A DNA stretch of 64,000 bases. Origin: an uncultured Brevundimonas sp. Its GTDB lineage: Bacteria; Pseudomonadota; Alphaproteobacteria; Caulobacterales; Caulobacteraceae. The stretch is taken from assembly GCF_937870815.1 (NCBI RefSeq), contig NZ_CALMZS010000116.1, forward strand, positions 3,416 to 67,415, written 5' to 3'. The position numbers and the translations under genes were made by a program. Positions 1 to 10,032 of the stretch are shown piece after piece. Position 1 is the first letter of the stretch. The number at the start of each line of letters is the position of its first letter. Below the pieces are notes generated by a model. That model made no database searches. It saw only the letters and a list, made by a program, of their open reading frames with translations, and was not told the origin of the DNA.

Positions 1-937
1 CCTCGTCGGCGGTGAAGCCGGGATCGCGCACGCCCTCCGAGGTGCGATAGAAGCCGCCGACGCCGAAGCGCCAGTCGCCGATCGGGCCGCCGACCCAGGC
101 GTCGGTGCGATAATAGCCGTAATCGCCGACCTGGGCCTTGACCAGGCCTTCGAAGCGGTCGCCGCCCTTGCGGGTGATGAAGTTGATCGTGCCGCCCGGC
201 GCATAGGAGGCGAAGATCGACGACGGACCGCCGCGAACCACCTCCATGCGATCGATCGTCTCGTCGAGGCGGAAGGACTGGTCGGCGTTCAGATAGCCGA
301 GGCCGGCGTCATGCTGGACCGGCAGGCCGTCTTCCTGCAGGGCCACGGCCGAGAAGCCTTCCTGGGGAATGCCGCGCGCGCGGATGTTGGCGCTGGCCTC
401 GCCGCCCGAGGCCTCGACCCAGAAGCCCGGGACCGACTTCAGCGCGTCGGCGACGCCGGTGGGATTGCGCATGCGCAACGCCTCCTCGCCGACCGAGGTC
501 ACGGCATAGCTGGTGTCGAGACGCGAGCGGCCGTTGACGCCGGCGCGCGCCGTGACGACGACGTCATCGACCGTGGAGGCGGCGATCTCCTCCAGCATCG
601 CCGTCGCCGCCTCATCGCTCCGGACCGGCTGCAGGGCGACGACGCGGCCGTCGTCGCGGCTGATCCGCAGGCCGCTGTCGGCGATCAGGCGCAGCAGGGC
701 CTGGCGCGACTCCATCCGTCCCTGCACCGCCGGCGCGGTCCGGCCGGCGGCCGCCGTCGACGGATAGAGGATCTGCACATCGGCCTGTTCCGACCAGGCG
801 TTCAGCGCCGCGCCGAGGCCCTGGGCCGGGATGTCGAAGGCGCGGACCCGGTCCTGGGCCTGGGCCGGAGCGGCCGCAACAATGACGGCCGCGGTCAGAC
901 CCGCGAACAGCGCGTAAGGAGATACAGTCGACTTCAT
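1..937 (-). CDS. FecA-type TonB-dependent transducer/receptor, N-terminal part (gene runs off the left edge)
   Basis: My own reverse-strand translation from the ATG at 937 gives MKSTVSPYALFAGLTAAVIVAAAPAQAQDRVRAFDIPAQGLGAALNAWSEQADVQILY. That is a signal peptide plus an STN signalling domain. Plug-like sequence follows (VVVTARAG...GVADALKSVPGFW...GGPSSIFASYAPGGTINFITRKG). It is absent from the ORF track because it has no stop inside the window. It lies directly downstream of fecI/fecR-like genes. Confidence 0.8.
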   Translation of the reverse strand, partial: MKSTVSPYALFAGLTAAVIVAAAPAQAQDRVRAFDIPAQGLGAALNAWSEQADVQILYPSTAAAGRTAPAVQGRMESRQALLRLIADSGLRISRDDGRVVALQPVRSDEAATAMLEEIAASTVDDVVVTARAGVNGRSRLDTSYAVTSVGEEALRMRNPTGVADALKSVPGFWVEASGGEASANIRARGIPQEGFSAVALQEDGLPVQHDAGLGYLNADQSFRLDETIDRMEVVRGGPSSIFASYAPGGTINFITRKGGDRFEGLVKAQVGDYGYYRTDAWVGGPIGDWRFGVGGFYRTSEGVRDPGFTADE

Positions 938-1026
938 GGCCCCACCTCAGGTTCGGACGCCGCGACGGCGGCGCCTTCACCGGGGAGGACGGTCGGCCCC
1001 GGGGAAACCGCCAAGTCGCCGCGAAA

Positions 1027-2004
1027 TTATCTCGCCCGGGTCAGAACCACGCCGGCGCCCGACGACTCCGCCCGGACCGGCAGCACGGCCTGAAGCGCGG
1101 CGAGGAAGTCCGACGGGTCGCTGGAGGTGAAGCGGCCGCCGATGCGCAGGCGGGCGATCGCCGGATCCGCGATCGTCAGCTTTCGCTCCAGATAGCGATT
1201 GTATTCCGCCACGGCCTCTTCCAGGGGCGCGTCCTCGAAGACGATCTCGCCCTGCGGCCAGGCGGTCGCCCTGGCCAGGGCGGATCCCGGGGCCTCGCCG
1301 GTCGAGACGACGCCATCGCGCAGGATCAGCCGCTCACCGCGCGTCAGGCGGACCGGTCGGGGCTTGCGGCTCTCCGCCACGCCGTCGAGGGTCGTCAGCT
1401 CCAGCCGGCCGTCATCGAGCCGGGCGTTGTAGCGCCCGGGCGCGAGCCGCCATTCGACGCCCTCGCCGCGGACATGGACGGCGCCGGCGCCGGCCGCGGC
1501 GCTGACGGCGATCTCGCCGCGCTCCAGCCACAGGGTCACGCCATCGGGCCCCACGCGCCAGAACACATGGCTGTCGGTGTTGAGGTCGAGCCGGGCCCCG
1601 GGCGCCAGACGGATGGTGCGGCGTTCGCCGATTCCCGTCCGGGCCTGCTCCCGCGCCAGCACCTTGCCGGACACCCCGACGCCGGCGACCGCCAGCGCCA
1701 GACCGCCGAACGACATCAGGGCCGCGCGCCGCGACAGCCCCGTCCGCGCCGGCGCGGCGAGGACCGGCGGCGTATCGTCGAGGGCGCTCCAGGCCGCCGC
1801 GACCCGCGCATAGGCGATCGCATGGGCGGGGTCGGCCGCGCGCCACCGCTCAAAGGCCTCGGGGTCGGCCGTGCCGGAATCCAGCCGGGTCAGCCACAGG
1901 CCGGCCTCGTCCATGGCCGCCGCGACCCGTCGGGCCGCGCCCGCGGGCAGGTCGGCGGCGGAGCCGGGATCGGATTGGGGCGGCGCTTTCATCATATTGT
2001 TCAT
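1027..2004 (-). CDS. FecR-family anti-sigma factor / transmembrane sensor
   Basis: The ORF 1027..2034 has the N-terminal anti-sigma region (AAMDEAGLWLTRLDSG...EAFERWRAADPAHAIAYARV), a TM segment (LMSFGGLALAVAGVGV) and a FecR-like periplasmic domain. I chose the start at MNNMMK (2004). The ORF-track start at 2034 is also possible. Confidence 0.8.
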   Translation of the reverse strand: MNNMMKAPPQSDPGSAADLPAGAARRVAAAMDEAGLWLTRLDSGTADPEAFERWRAADPAHAIAYARVAAAWSALDDTPPVLAAPARTGLSRRAALMSFGGLALAVAGVGVSGKVLAREQARTGIGERRTIRLAPGARLDLNTDSHVFWRVGPDGVTLWLERGEIAVSAAAGAGAVHVRGEGVEWRLAPGRYNARLDDGRLELTTLDGVAESRKPRPVRLTRGERLILRDGVVSTGEAPGSALARATAWPQGEIVFEDAPLEEAVAEYNRYLERKLTIADPAIARLRIGGRFTSSDPSDFLAALQAVLPVRAESSGAGVVLTRAR

Positions 2005-2044
2005 AGAGACGCACGACGGGGCGCGCACCACCAAGCAGGCGGCG

Positions 2045-2650
2045 CTATTTTTTCACCCGGCGGCGCCCGATGTCGCCCGAACCCGGCCGAACGGCGGGAC
2101 GGCCGACCGGCGCGATCCGCGTGTCCGCCCGGGTCATCGCTTCGGCCATCAGCACCATGCCCCGCGCCAGCCGCTTCTCGACCGTCGACAGGCTGAGGCC
2201 CAGCCGCCGGGCGATGTTGCGCGACGGCAGATCATGCAGTCGCCGCAGTTCGACGACCTCGCGGAAGCGCGGCGGCAGCGCCCGCAGGGCGTCGAGGGCC
2301 AGCCGCAATCTCTGCCGGCCCGAGACCTCATCGAAGGCGTCCGGGGTTCCGCCGTCGCCCGGGGCCCCTTCTGCGCCGGCGAGGGTCTCCATGACGACGA
2401 TGCGCGCGCGACGGATCTTCTGGATGCCGAGGTTGCGGATCATGGTCAGCACATAGGCGCGCGGATCGTCGATGAAGCGCCAGCCTTCCGACGCCAGAAC
2501 CCGCGCATAGACGTCATGGACGAGGTCGGCGGCCTCGTCCCCGCCGGCGGCGCCGCGCGCGCTGAAGCGGCGGGCCACGGCGAGGTAGCGCGCCTCGAAC
2601 GGCAGCACCTCGTCGATGAACCAGCGGTCGACCTCTCTCAGACCGGGCAC
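2045..2650 (-). CDS. ECF (FecI-type) RNA polymerase sigma-70 factor
   Basis: Sigma region 2 (DLVHDVYARVL...YVLTMIRNLGIQKIRR) and region 4 helix-turn-helix (LPPRFREVVELRRLHDLPSRNIARRLGLSLSTVEKRLARG). It lies immediately upstream of the fecR/fecA-like genes. Confidence 0.85.
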   Translation of the reverse strand: MPGLREVDRWFIDEVLPFEARYLAVARRFSARGAAGGDEAADLVHDVYARVLASEGWRFIDDPRAYVLTMIRNLGIQKIRRARIVVMETLAGAEGAPGDGGTPDAFDEVSGRQRLRLALDALRALPPRFREVVELRRLHDLPSRNIARRLGLSLSTVEKRLARGMVLMAEAMTRADTRIAPVGRPAVRPGSGDIGRRRVKK

Positions 2651-2966
2651 CCGCGCCTCCCGTCCGGCGCAATGCCGACCCCCGCGGATGAAGCGCGGTT
2701 CGATAATGTTCAGGCGACGTTGGTGCGAAATTTTACCGACGGTCCGGCGGAACGGCTAAAGTTCCTGCACCTGACCGACCCTGTGGCGCTCAACCGCGGT
2801 TTGGTGTTTCGAGGGACCCCCGCCTGGGGGTCAGACCGGCCTACCCATAGCGGACCCTTCCAACCGCCGCTTTGAGACTCATAGCGGACGATGAGAAAGT
2901 CTGCTCCCAGGGATCGGCAGGACAACGGAGGTCTTGGGTCCTGACGAGCCCTCGACGCCTACACGC

Positions 2967-4199
2967 TCAGGTCAGACGTCTGAGCGGCGCGAGGACGGCG
3001 GCGGCGATCAGGGCGGCGACGGACGCCGCCAGGAAGACGGCGGTCAGCGGCAGACCGAGTCCCAGAAGGACGGCGGCGGAGGCCGGGGCCAGGCTCTGCG
3101 GCAGGGCGATGGCCATGTTCATCACCCCCAGATCGCGCCCGGCCGTGGCGCGATCAGGCAGGATTTCCGCCGTCATGGCCGCGACGGTGGTGGCGTGCAG
3201 GCCATGGGCGGCGCCGAACAGCAGCTGGCCCGCCAGCGGGCCGGGCCAGGCCGGCCAGACCACCATCAGGGCCAGCGCCGCGGCCATGCCGACGCCGCCG
3301 GCGATGACGAAAATCCGGCGTCTTCGCAGCCGGTCCGAGCCCACGCCGCCGACAAAGCCGCCGAGCGACGCCGCCACGGTGGAGGCGATCAGCAACGCGC
3401 CGAACAGCTCGAGGGCGGACCACCCTCTTGGCCTCGCGCCGGGCAGGTCCTGCAGCAGGAACAGCAGGTAGAGGGTGTTGATGGCCACGGCGCTCTCGAC
3501 CAGCAGGCGCGAGACGAAAGTCCAGAAGAACCGCCGGTCCTTCAGGGCATCGAAGGACAGCCGCGGGGGCGCCGCCGCAGGGCGCCGCGAGCGCGGCTCA
3601 CGCACGGTCAGGGCGAAGGGCAGGATCATCATCGCGGCCACGGCGATGACGACCGCGAACTGCACGGGAGGCGAGCCTGCCAGACGGGTGACGACCACCG
3701 CCGTGAACAGGTTGGCGATGGGCAGGGCGGCGCCCGCCCAGGCGGAGACCAGCCCCTTCTGGGCGTCGGCCACCATGTCCGGGACCAGGGCGGTCAGCGG
3801 CGCGTAGAGGGCGTTGACCGCCAGCTGGAAAGCCACCACGCCCAAGGCCAACTGCAACGGACCGCTCGCCGCGCCGATCAGGGCCAGCGCCACGGCGACC
3901 AGCGCCAGCCCGGCGAGGATCCACGGGCGCCGTCGGCCGAGCGGGCCCCGGGTTCGGTCGCTCAGACTCCCGAACAGAAGGTTGGCGGCCGCGGCGCTCA
4001 GCCCGCCCAGAATGGCCATCTGGCTGAGCAGCAGGGCCTTGTCCGCGCCGCCGATCAGCTCGGCCTTGGCCGGCAGCAGCAGGGTCAGCAGCGGAATGAA
4101 GCAAATGAAGGCCCCGGCCTGGGCCGCGCCGTAGCCGAGGATGAACCAGCGGGATCGATGAGACGGCGTCGACTCGGCGGGGGGGGCGATCATGGCCAC
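2967..4199 (-). CDS. MFS-type sugar/glycoside transporter
   Basis: 410 aa, about 12 hydrophobic segments, and an MFS loop motif (GSLSDRTRGPLGRRRPW). It is divergent from the LacI gene. The 423-aa ORF on the opposite strand is low-complexity Arg/Gly/Asp/Gln. Confidence 0.8.
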   Translation of the reverse strand: MAMIAPPAESTPSHRSRWFILGYGAAQAGAFICFIPLLTLLLPAKAELIGGADKALLLSQMAILGGLSAAAANLLFGSLSDRTRGPLGRRRPWILAGLALVAVALALIGAASGPLQLALGVVAFQLAVNALYAPLTALVPDMVADAQKGLVSAWAGAALPIANLFTAVVVTRLAGSPPVQFAVVIAVAAMMILPFALTVREPRSRRPAAAPPRLSFDALKDRRFFWTFVSRLLVESAVAINTLYLLFLLQDLPGARPRGWSALELFGALLIASTVAASLGGFVGGVGSDRLRRRRIFVIAGGVGMAAALALMVVWPAWPGPLAGQLLFGAAHGLHATTVAAMTAEILPDRATAGRDLGVMNMAIALPQSLAPASAAVLLGLGLPLTAVFLAASVAALIAAAVLAPLRRLT

Positions 4200-4287
4200 A
4201 TATGAGGTCGCCCTGCGCGCCGCGTCGACCTATTGTGGAGCCGGGGCCGACGCGGGAGCATGCGGGCCTTATCCGCGGGGAGCGATC

Positions 4288-5355
4288 TTGAGCGCCAGAA
4301 AACCGACCATAGACGATGTGGCGCGCCAGTCAGGCGTCGGGCGGACCACCGTTTCGCGCGTGCTCAACGGCGGGCCCAACGTCCGCCCCGAGGTGCGCGA
4401 CCGGGTGCTGGCGGCGGTCGCGGCGCTGAACTACCGCGTCAACCCGCAGGCGCGCTCGCTGGCCGGCGGCGGCAGCCGCATGCTGGCCCTGATCCTGGCC
4501 TCCGATCTCGAGGCGGAGCCGAACTCCTTCTACGCCTCGGCCCTGGAGCTCGGCGCGCTGCGCGAGTGTCTGTCGCTGGGCTACCAGCTGATGACCCGCC
4601 ACGTGCCGCAACAGAGCCCCGACCGGCGCGAGCAGGTGCTGGAGCTGATGACCACCCAGCGCTGCCAGGGCCTGATCCTGACCCCGCCGTTCGCCGACGA
4701 CGCCACCCTGATCGAGGAAATCCGGCGGCAGGGCTGCCAGGTCGCCACCATTTCGCCCGGCGGGCCGGGGCGTCTGGTCGCCGACGGAGTCGGCATCGAC
4801 GACGAGGCGGGGGGCTATGATATCGCCTGTCATCTGCTGGATCTCGGACACCGGCGGTTCGCCTTCATCAGCGGAATCCAGGGACACCTGTCGGCCGAGC
4901 AGCGGTTCGACGGCCTGAAGCGGGCCCTGCGCGAGCGGAATCTGGATTCCAGCCGGGTGACCGTGCTGCGGGGCGACTTCACCTTCCGGTCCGGAAGCAT
5001 ACTGGCCGCCCGTCTGTTCGATGAGCCGGACCCGCCCACGGCCCTCGTCTGCGCCAACGACGACATGGCCGCCGGGGCCCTGTCCGCCGCGCACGGCCGG
5101 GGCCTGGACGTGCCGGGGCATCTGTCGATCACCGGCTTCGACGACACCCCCGTGTCGGAGATCGTCTGGCCGCCGCTCGCCACCGTCCATCAGCCCCTCA
5201 AGGACATGGGCGGCGAGGCGGTCCGGATGATCGCCGGACGGCTCGCGGGCACGCGGCGGGATGTCGACTGGCGTTTCGCCATCCTGCCTCACGCGGTGGT
5301 CGCCCGGGCCTCCGCCGGCCGCGCCACGCCGAGACTCGCGACTGCCAGCGCTTGA
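4288..5355 (+). CDS. LacI-family transcriptional regulator
   Basis: N-terminal HTH (KPTIDDVARQSGVGRTTVSRVLNGGPNVRPEVRDRVLAAVAALNYRVNPQARSLAGG) plus a periplasmic-binding-fold effector domain. I propose the start at TTG 4288, preceded by GGGGAG. The ORF-track ATG at 4192 would add 32 non-conserved residues. Confidence 0.8.
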   Translation: MSARKPTIDDVARQSGVGRTTVSRVLNGGPNVRPEVRDRVLAAVAALNYRVNPQARSLAGGGSRMLALILASDLEAEPNSFYASALELGALRECLSLGYQLMTRHVPQQSPDRREQVLELMTTQRCQGLILTPPFADDATLIEEIRRQGCQVATISPGGPGRLVADGVGIDDEAGGYDIACHLLDLGHRRFAFISGIQGHLSAEQRFDGLKRALRERNLDSSRVTVLRGDFTFRSGSILAARLFDEPDPPTALVCANDDMAAGALSAAHGRGLDVPGHLSITGFDDTPVSEIVWPPLATVHQPLKDMGGEAVRMIAGRLAGTRRDVDWRFAILPHAVVARASAGRATPRLATASA

Positions 5356-5379
5356 CGTCGAGCTCCGGCCGCCTCCTAC

Positions 5380-5393
5380 TGGAAGCGCTTCCA
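5380..5393. promoter_or_regulatory. Candidate LacI-family operator, perfect 14-bp palindrome TGGAAGCGCTTCCA
   Basis: Read directly from the sequence. It lies 71-84 nt upstream of the GH30 ATG. The same 14-mer recurs at 7004-7017. It fits the generic LacI/CcpA-type TGnAAnCGnTTnCA architecture. Confidence 0.55.
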
Positions 5394-5463
5394 AGGCGAA
5401 GCTTGAGATCAACGGGCGCCGGCCGGAGGGCGTGAGCGCCCGACCAGTGGGAGGAGAACCACC

Positions 5464-6900
5464 ATGACAGGGCGAATCACAACGCTCGGGCGCCGGGCGC
5501 TGGTAATCGGCGCGGCCCTGGCGACGTTGGGCGCGGCCGCCTGCGCCGGCGCTCCGGTCGAACCGTCGGCGCGGGTCTGGATGACCTCCGGCGATCGCAG
5601 CCGGCTGCTGTCGGAACAGCCCCCCCTCCGGTTTCAACCATCACCCGCCGTGACCGGCCCGGCCGTCGAAGTCGACCCGCGCCGGTCGTTCCAGGAGATG
5701 GTCGGCTTCGGCGCGGCGATCACCGATGCCTCGGCCTTCCTGATACAGACCAAACTGGCCGACGACCAGCGCGACGCCTTGCTGCGCGAGCTGTTCGGGC
5801 GGGAGAACGGCGGCCTCGGCTTCAGCTTCACCCGCGTGACCATCGGCGCGTCGGACTTCTCACTGGACCACTACAGCCTCGCCGACACGGCGGACCGGAC
5901 CCTGACGAGCTTTTCGACGGCGCGGATGGAGGAGCACGTCTTTCCCACCGTCCGCCAGGCGGTGGCGATCAATCCCGACCTCAAGGTCATGGCCTCGCCC
6001 TGGAGCGCGCCGGGCTGGATGAAGACCTCCGGTTCGATGATCCAGGGCCAGCTGAAGCCGGAGTTCTATCCGGTCTACGCCGAATATTTTCGGCGCTACA
6101 TCGAGTCGGCGGCGGCCCATGCCGTGCCGACGGACTATGTGAGCATCCAGAACGAGCCGGACTTCGAGCCGGACAGCTACCCCGGCATGCTTTGGGGACC
6201 AGAAGGTCGGGCGACCTTCGTCGGCCAGCATCTGGGCCCGCTGCTCCGCGACGCCGGCGTCGGGGCCAAAATCCTCGATTGGGACCACAACTGGGACCAA
6301 CCTCAACAGCCGCTGACGGTGTTGGCCGATGAACGGGCCCGCCCCTTCGTCGCGGGCGTGGCCTGGCATTGCTACGGCGGCGATGTCTCGGCCCAGAGCC
6401 AGGTTCGCGACGTCTGGCCCGACAAGGACGTCTTCTTCACCGAGTGCTCGGGCGGCGAATGGGCTCCCGGCTTCGCGGAGAGCTTCATCTGGACGATGAA
6501 GACCCTGATCATCGGCTCGGTCGAACATTGGGCGCGTGGCGTCCTGATGTGGAATCTGGCGCTGGATGAAAACTACGGCCCGCACGCGGGCGGCTGCGGC
6601 AATTGCCGCGGCGTGGTGAAGATCGACAGCCGGACCGGTGCGATCGAGCGGAACCAGGAATACTACGCCTTCGCACACGCCAGCCGCTTCGTCCGGCCCG
6701 GCGCCCGGCGCGTCGCCACCGCCGCGCCTGAGGGGCTGCAGGCGGTCGCCTTCATCAATCCCGACGGCGAGCGGGTGCTGATCGTCCTCAACGAGGGCGC
6801 CGCTCCGGTCGCCTTCGAAATCCGCGAGGGCAGGCGAAGCGCCGCCACCGAACTGCCGCCACAGACGGCCGCCACCTACGTCTGGGGGGCATCTGACTGA
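5464..6900 (+). CDS. Glycoside hydrolase family 30 (glucosylceramidase / beta-1,6-glucanase type), exported
   Basis: SD GGAGGA before the ATG. Tat/lipoprotein-like leader (GRRALVIGAALATLGAAAC). GH30 blocks are present: SFQEMVGFGAAITDASAFL and VSIQNEPDFEP (acid/base Glu). Confidence 0.85.
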   Translation: MTGRITTLGRRALVIGAALATLGAAACAGAPVEPSARVWMTSGDRSRLLSEQPPLRFQPSPAVTGPAVEVDPRRSFQEMVGFGAAITDASAFLIQTKLADDQRDALLRELFGRENGGLGFSFTRVTIGASDFSLDHYSLADTADRTLTSFSTARMEEHVFPTVRQAVAINPDLKVMASPWSAPGWMKTSGSMIQGQLKPEFYPVYAEYFRRYIESAAAHAVPTDYVSIQNEPDFEPDSYPGMLWGPEGRATFVGQHLGPLLRDAGVGAKILDWDHNWDQPQQPLTVLADERARPFVAGVAWHCYGGDVSAQSQVRDVWPDKDVFFTECSGGEWAPGFAESFIWTMKTLIIGSVEHWARGVLMWNLALDENYGPHAGGCGNCRGVVKIDSRTGAIERNQEYYAFAHASRFVRPGARRVATAAPEGLQAVAFINPDGERVLIVLNEGAAPVAFEIREGRRSAATELPPQTAATYVWGASD

Positions 6901-7002
6901 AGACGACGCGGCGGAGCCGCGGCAATTTCCGGCCTCGGTAGCGAGGCGTGATCCGCGCCGGCCGGAAATCGGATTGCGCGGGAAGATCATTTCGGATAGT
7001 CA

Positions 7003-7018
7003 TTGGAAGCGCTTCCAA
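7003..7018. promoter_or_regulatory. Candidate LacI-family operator, perfect 16-bp palindrome TTGGAAGCGCTTCCAA
   Basis: Read directly. It lies 83-98 nt upstream of the TBDR ATG at 7101. Its core is identical to the site at 5380-5393. Confidence 0.55.
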
Positions 7019-7100
7019 CCCCCTCGTCACGTGGGATGGCGGCGAAACAAAAATGGACGTGCGGCTCAAGGCCCGCGCCGGGGAACAACAGGGGGTATCC

Positions 7101-9932
7101 ATGCGCAGCCAGTTCGCAGGCGTTCGCAAGACGGGCTCAGTCTCGTCGTCACAGCTTTGCCTGACCGTGTCGGCGCTGGCGCTGGCCGTGGGCGCGCCCG
7201 GCGTCGTCATGGCCCAGGACGCGCCGCCGCAGGACGAGCAGGCGGTCGAGGTCGAGGAGGTCGTCGTCACGGGCCTGCGTCGCGGCCTCGCCGATTCGAT
7301 CAGCATCAAGCGCAACGAGACCTCGATCGTCGAGGCGGTCTCGGCCGAGGACATCGGCAAGCTCCCGGACGTGTCGATCGCCGAATCGATCGCCCGCCTG
7401 CCCGGTCTGGCCGCCCAGCGCGTCAACGGCCGCGCCCAGGTGATCTCGATCCGCGGCCTGGCTCCCGACTTCACCACCACCTTGCTCAACGGCCGCCAGC
7501 AGGCCAGCTCCGGCGACAACCGCGCCGTCGAATTCGACCAGTACCCGTCCGAGCTGCTCTCCGGCGTGGTCATCTACAAGACGCCCGACGCCGAGATTTC
7601 CGGCATGGGCCTTTCAGGCACGGCCGACCTGCGCACCGTCCGGCCGCTGGAGTTCGGCAGCCGCGCCATCGCTGTGAACCTGCGCGGCGAGACGATCGAG
7701 GGCGGCAGCCTGAATGACGATGTCCGCAACTACGGCGGCCGCTTCTCTCTCAGCTACATCGACCAGTTCGCGGATGACACCATCGGTGTGGCTCTCGGCT
7801 ACGCCCACCTGGATTCGCCGTCTCAGAACCGCCACTACAAGGCCTATGGCTACGAGGCCTTCGGCTTCGCCGTCACGCCGGACAGCGCCGACGACGCCCT
7901 GATCCTGAACGGCCAGGAGATTTTCGCGACCTCGCGCCTCAACCAGCGGGATGCGGTCATCGGCATTGTCGAATGGACCCCGAACGACAGGCTGCACTCG
8001 ACGCTCGACCTCTACTATTCGAAATTCGATCAGGAAGAGACCACGCGCGGGGCGCAGTGGTTCTCGAACGGCTGGGCCGACGGCGCGACCTTCACCGACG
8101 TCCAGACCGAAACCCGTGGAGGATCCCTTTTCGCCACCAGCGGCACGCTGAACGGCGGCGTCCCGATCATCCGCAACGACTTCAACACCCGCGAGGACGA
8201 GCTGTTCTCGGTGGGGCTGAACAACGAATTCGAAATCGACGAGCGCACCCGCGTCGTGGCCGACCTGTCGTACTCGACCAACGAGCGGCGCGAACAGATT
8301 CTCGAGACCTACGCCGGCTATGGCATCGGCCCTCAAGGCGGTGGGCGGACCCTCGACACCATCACCTTCGAGGTCAACGACGACGGCTATCCGACCTATT
8401 CCGAAGGCCTCAACTACGCCGATGCGTCACAGGTGTCGCTGGGCGACCGGGCGCCCTGGGGCGGCTGGGGCCATGACGGGGCCATCCGTTTCCCGGACGT
8501 TGAGGAACGCATCTACGCCGCCGACCTCAGGTTCGAGCGCGACCTCGAAGGCATCATCCATACCGTCAGCGCCGGGGTGAACCTGGCCAACCGCAACAAG
8601 ACCAAGCGCGTCGACGACTTCGACCTGTTCCTCAAGAACGGCCGCCAGCAGGTGTATGTCGATCCGCAGTATCTGGTGGAGGCGACCTCGCTGGACTATG
8701 CCGGCTTCGGCGAGGTGCTCAGCGTCGACCTGACCCGCGCGCTCGACGTCTACTACGACCGGGCGCCGATCCTCGACGCCAACTATTTCGACAAGAACTG
8801 GGACATCGAGGAAGAGGTCCTCACCTGGTTCGCGCGGGCGGAGTTCGAGAAGGGCCAGGTCCGCGGCAACGTCGGCGTCCAGGTCGTCCAGCAATCCCAG
8901 GAATCCACCGGCGTCGTCATCAACGGCCTCGAGCCAGGCCAGCCGATCACGCCGATGTCGATAACGGAGGGAGCGGACTACACCGACGTCCTGCCCAGCC
9001 TGAACATGATCTACGATTTGGGCGGCGGTCACCGAATCCGTTTTGCGGCGGCCAAGACCATGGCGCGGCCGCGCATGGACGAGATGCGCGCCAATGTCAC
9101 CCCGGGCTTCAACGCGATGGTTTGCAGCGGCCAGCCGTGTCCGCCGGGAACGACGGTCAACCCGTGGTCGGCCTCGGGCGGCAACCCGCATCTCGAGCCG
9201 TGGCGGGCCATCGCCCTCGACCTGGCCTACGAATGGTATGTGAACCCCACGACCTATCTGTCGATCGCCGGCTTCTACAAGAACCTCGACACCTACATCT
9301 ATCAGCAGACTACCGAGTTCGACTTTTCGGGCATTCCGCTGCCCAGCACGGCTTCCTCCATTCCGGCCGGCGTGACGATCAGTCCGATCGGCCAGATCAC
9401 CCTGCCGGCCAACGGCAAGGGGGGCGTAGTCGAGGGCGTGGAGATCAGCGGCGCCCTGAACTTCGGCACGCTCTGGGAGCCGCTGGACGGTCTCGGCGTG
9501 CTGGGCAGCGTCTCGTTCACCGAGTCCGATCTGAACCCCAGTGCATCCGGCGCACCGACCCGTATCCCCGGGCTCTCTGGCATGGTCTACAACATGACCG
9601 CCTATTACGAACGCGGCGGCTTCCAGGCGCGCATCAGCAAGCGCTTCCGCGAGGCCTTCAAGGGCGAGGTGGTCCAGCTGTTCGCGACCCGCGGCCAGAC
9701 CGAGATCATGGACGACGAGCAGGTCGACGCCCAGATCGGCTACACCTTCGAAAGCGGACCGATGGAAGGTCTTGGCCTGCTGTTCCAGGTGAACAATCTG
9801 ACCAATTCGCCGTACCGGACCCGGCTCGGGATCGACGCCGGCGGGACCACGACAGCGGACGGAGGCTACCTGCCGGAAACCTACGAGGAGTACGGCCGGC
9901 AGTACCTGTTCGGCATCAACTACCGCTTCTGA
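7101..9932 (+). CDS. TonB-dependent outer-membrane receptor (carbohydrate-type)
   Basis: Long signal peptide ending VVMAQD. TonB box/plug sequence (VEEVVVTGLRRGLADSISIKRNETSIVEAVSAEDIGKLPDVSIAESIARLPGL). The C-terminus ends ...LFGINYRF with a terminal aromatic residue. Start chosen at MRSQF (7101); the ORF track starts at 6948. Confidence 0.9.
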   Translation: MRSQFAGVRKTGSVSSSQLCLTVSALALAVGAPGVVMAQDAPPQDEQAVEVEEVVVTGLRRGLADSISIKRNETSIVEAVSAEDIGKLPDVSIAESIARLPGLAAQRVNGRAQVISIRGLAPDFTTTLLNGRQQASSGDNRAVEFDQYPSELLSGVVIYKTPDAEISGMGLSGTADLRTVRPLEFGSRAIAVNLRGETIEGGSLNDDVRNYGGRFSLSYIDQFADDTIGVALGYAHLDSPSQNRHYKAYGYEAFGFAVTPDSADDALILNGQEIFATSRLNQRDAVIGIVEWTPNDRLHSTLDLYYSKFDQEETTRGAQWFSNGWADGATFTDVQTETRGGSLFATSGTLNGGVPIIRNDFNTREDELFSVGLNNEFEIDERTRVVADLSYSTNERREQILETYAGYGIGPQGGGRTLDTITFEVNDDGYPTYSEGLNYADASQVSLGDRAPWGGWGHDGAIRFPDVEERIYAADLRFERDLEGIIHTVSAGVNLANRNKTKRVDDFDLFLKNGRQQVYVDPQYLVEATSLDYAGFGEVLSVDLTRALDVYYDRAPILDANYFDKNWDIEEEVLTWFARAEFEKGQVRGNVGVQVVQQSQESTGVVINGLEPGQPITPMSITEGADYTDVLPSLNMIYDLGGGHRIRFAAAKTMARPRMDEMRANVTPGFNAMVCSGQPCPPGTTVNPWSASGGNPHLEPWRAIALDLAYEWYVNPTTYLSIAGFYKNLDTYIYQQTTEFDFSGIPLPSTASSIPAGVTISPIGQITLPANGKGGVVEGVEISGALNFGTLWEPLDGLGVLGSVSFTESDLNPSASGAPTRIPGLSGMVYNMTAYYERGGFQARISKRFREAFKGEVVQLFATRGQTEIMDDEQVDAQIGYTFESGPMEGLGLLFQVNNLTNSPYRTRLGIDAGGTTTADGGYLPETYEEYGRQYLFGINYRF

Positions 9933-10032
9933 TCGCAGGCGCGCCCAACGCGCCGGGTTCAGAAACGCCGGGATCGGACCTTTCCGGCTGATCCCGGCGG
10001 CTGCCCTTTCCTGTAAGTCGTCGAGTACACGT

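Noticed and set aside
2934-4205. 423-aa plus-strand ORF
   Set aside because: It is antisense to the MFS transporter. The product is an implausible Gly/Arg/Asp/Gln/His polymer with no hydrophobic core.
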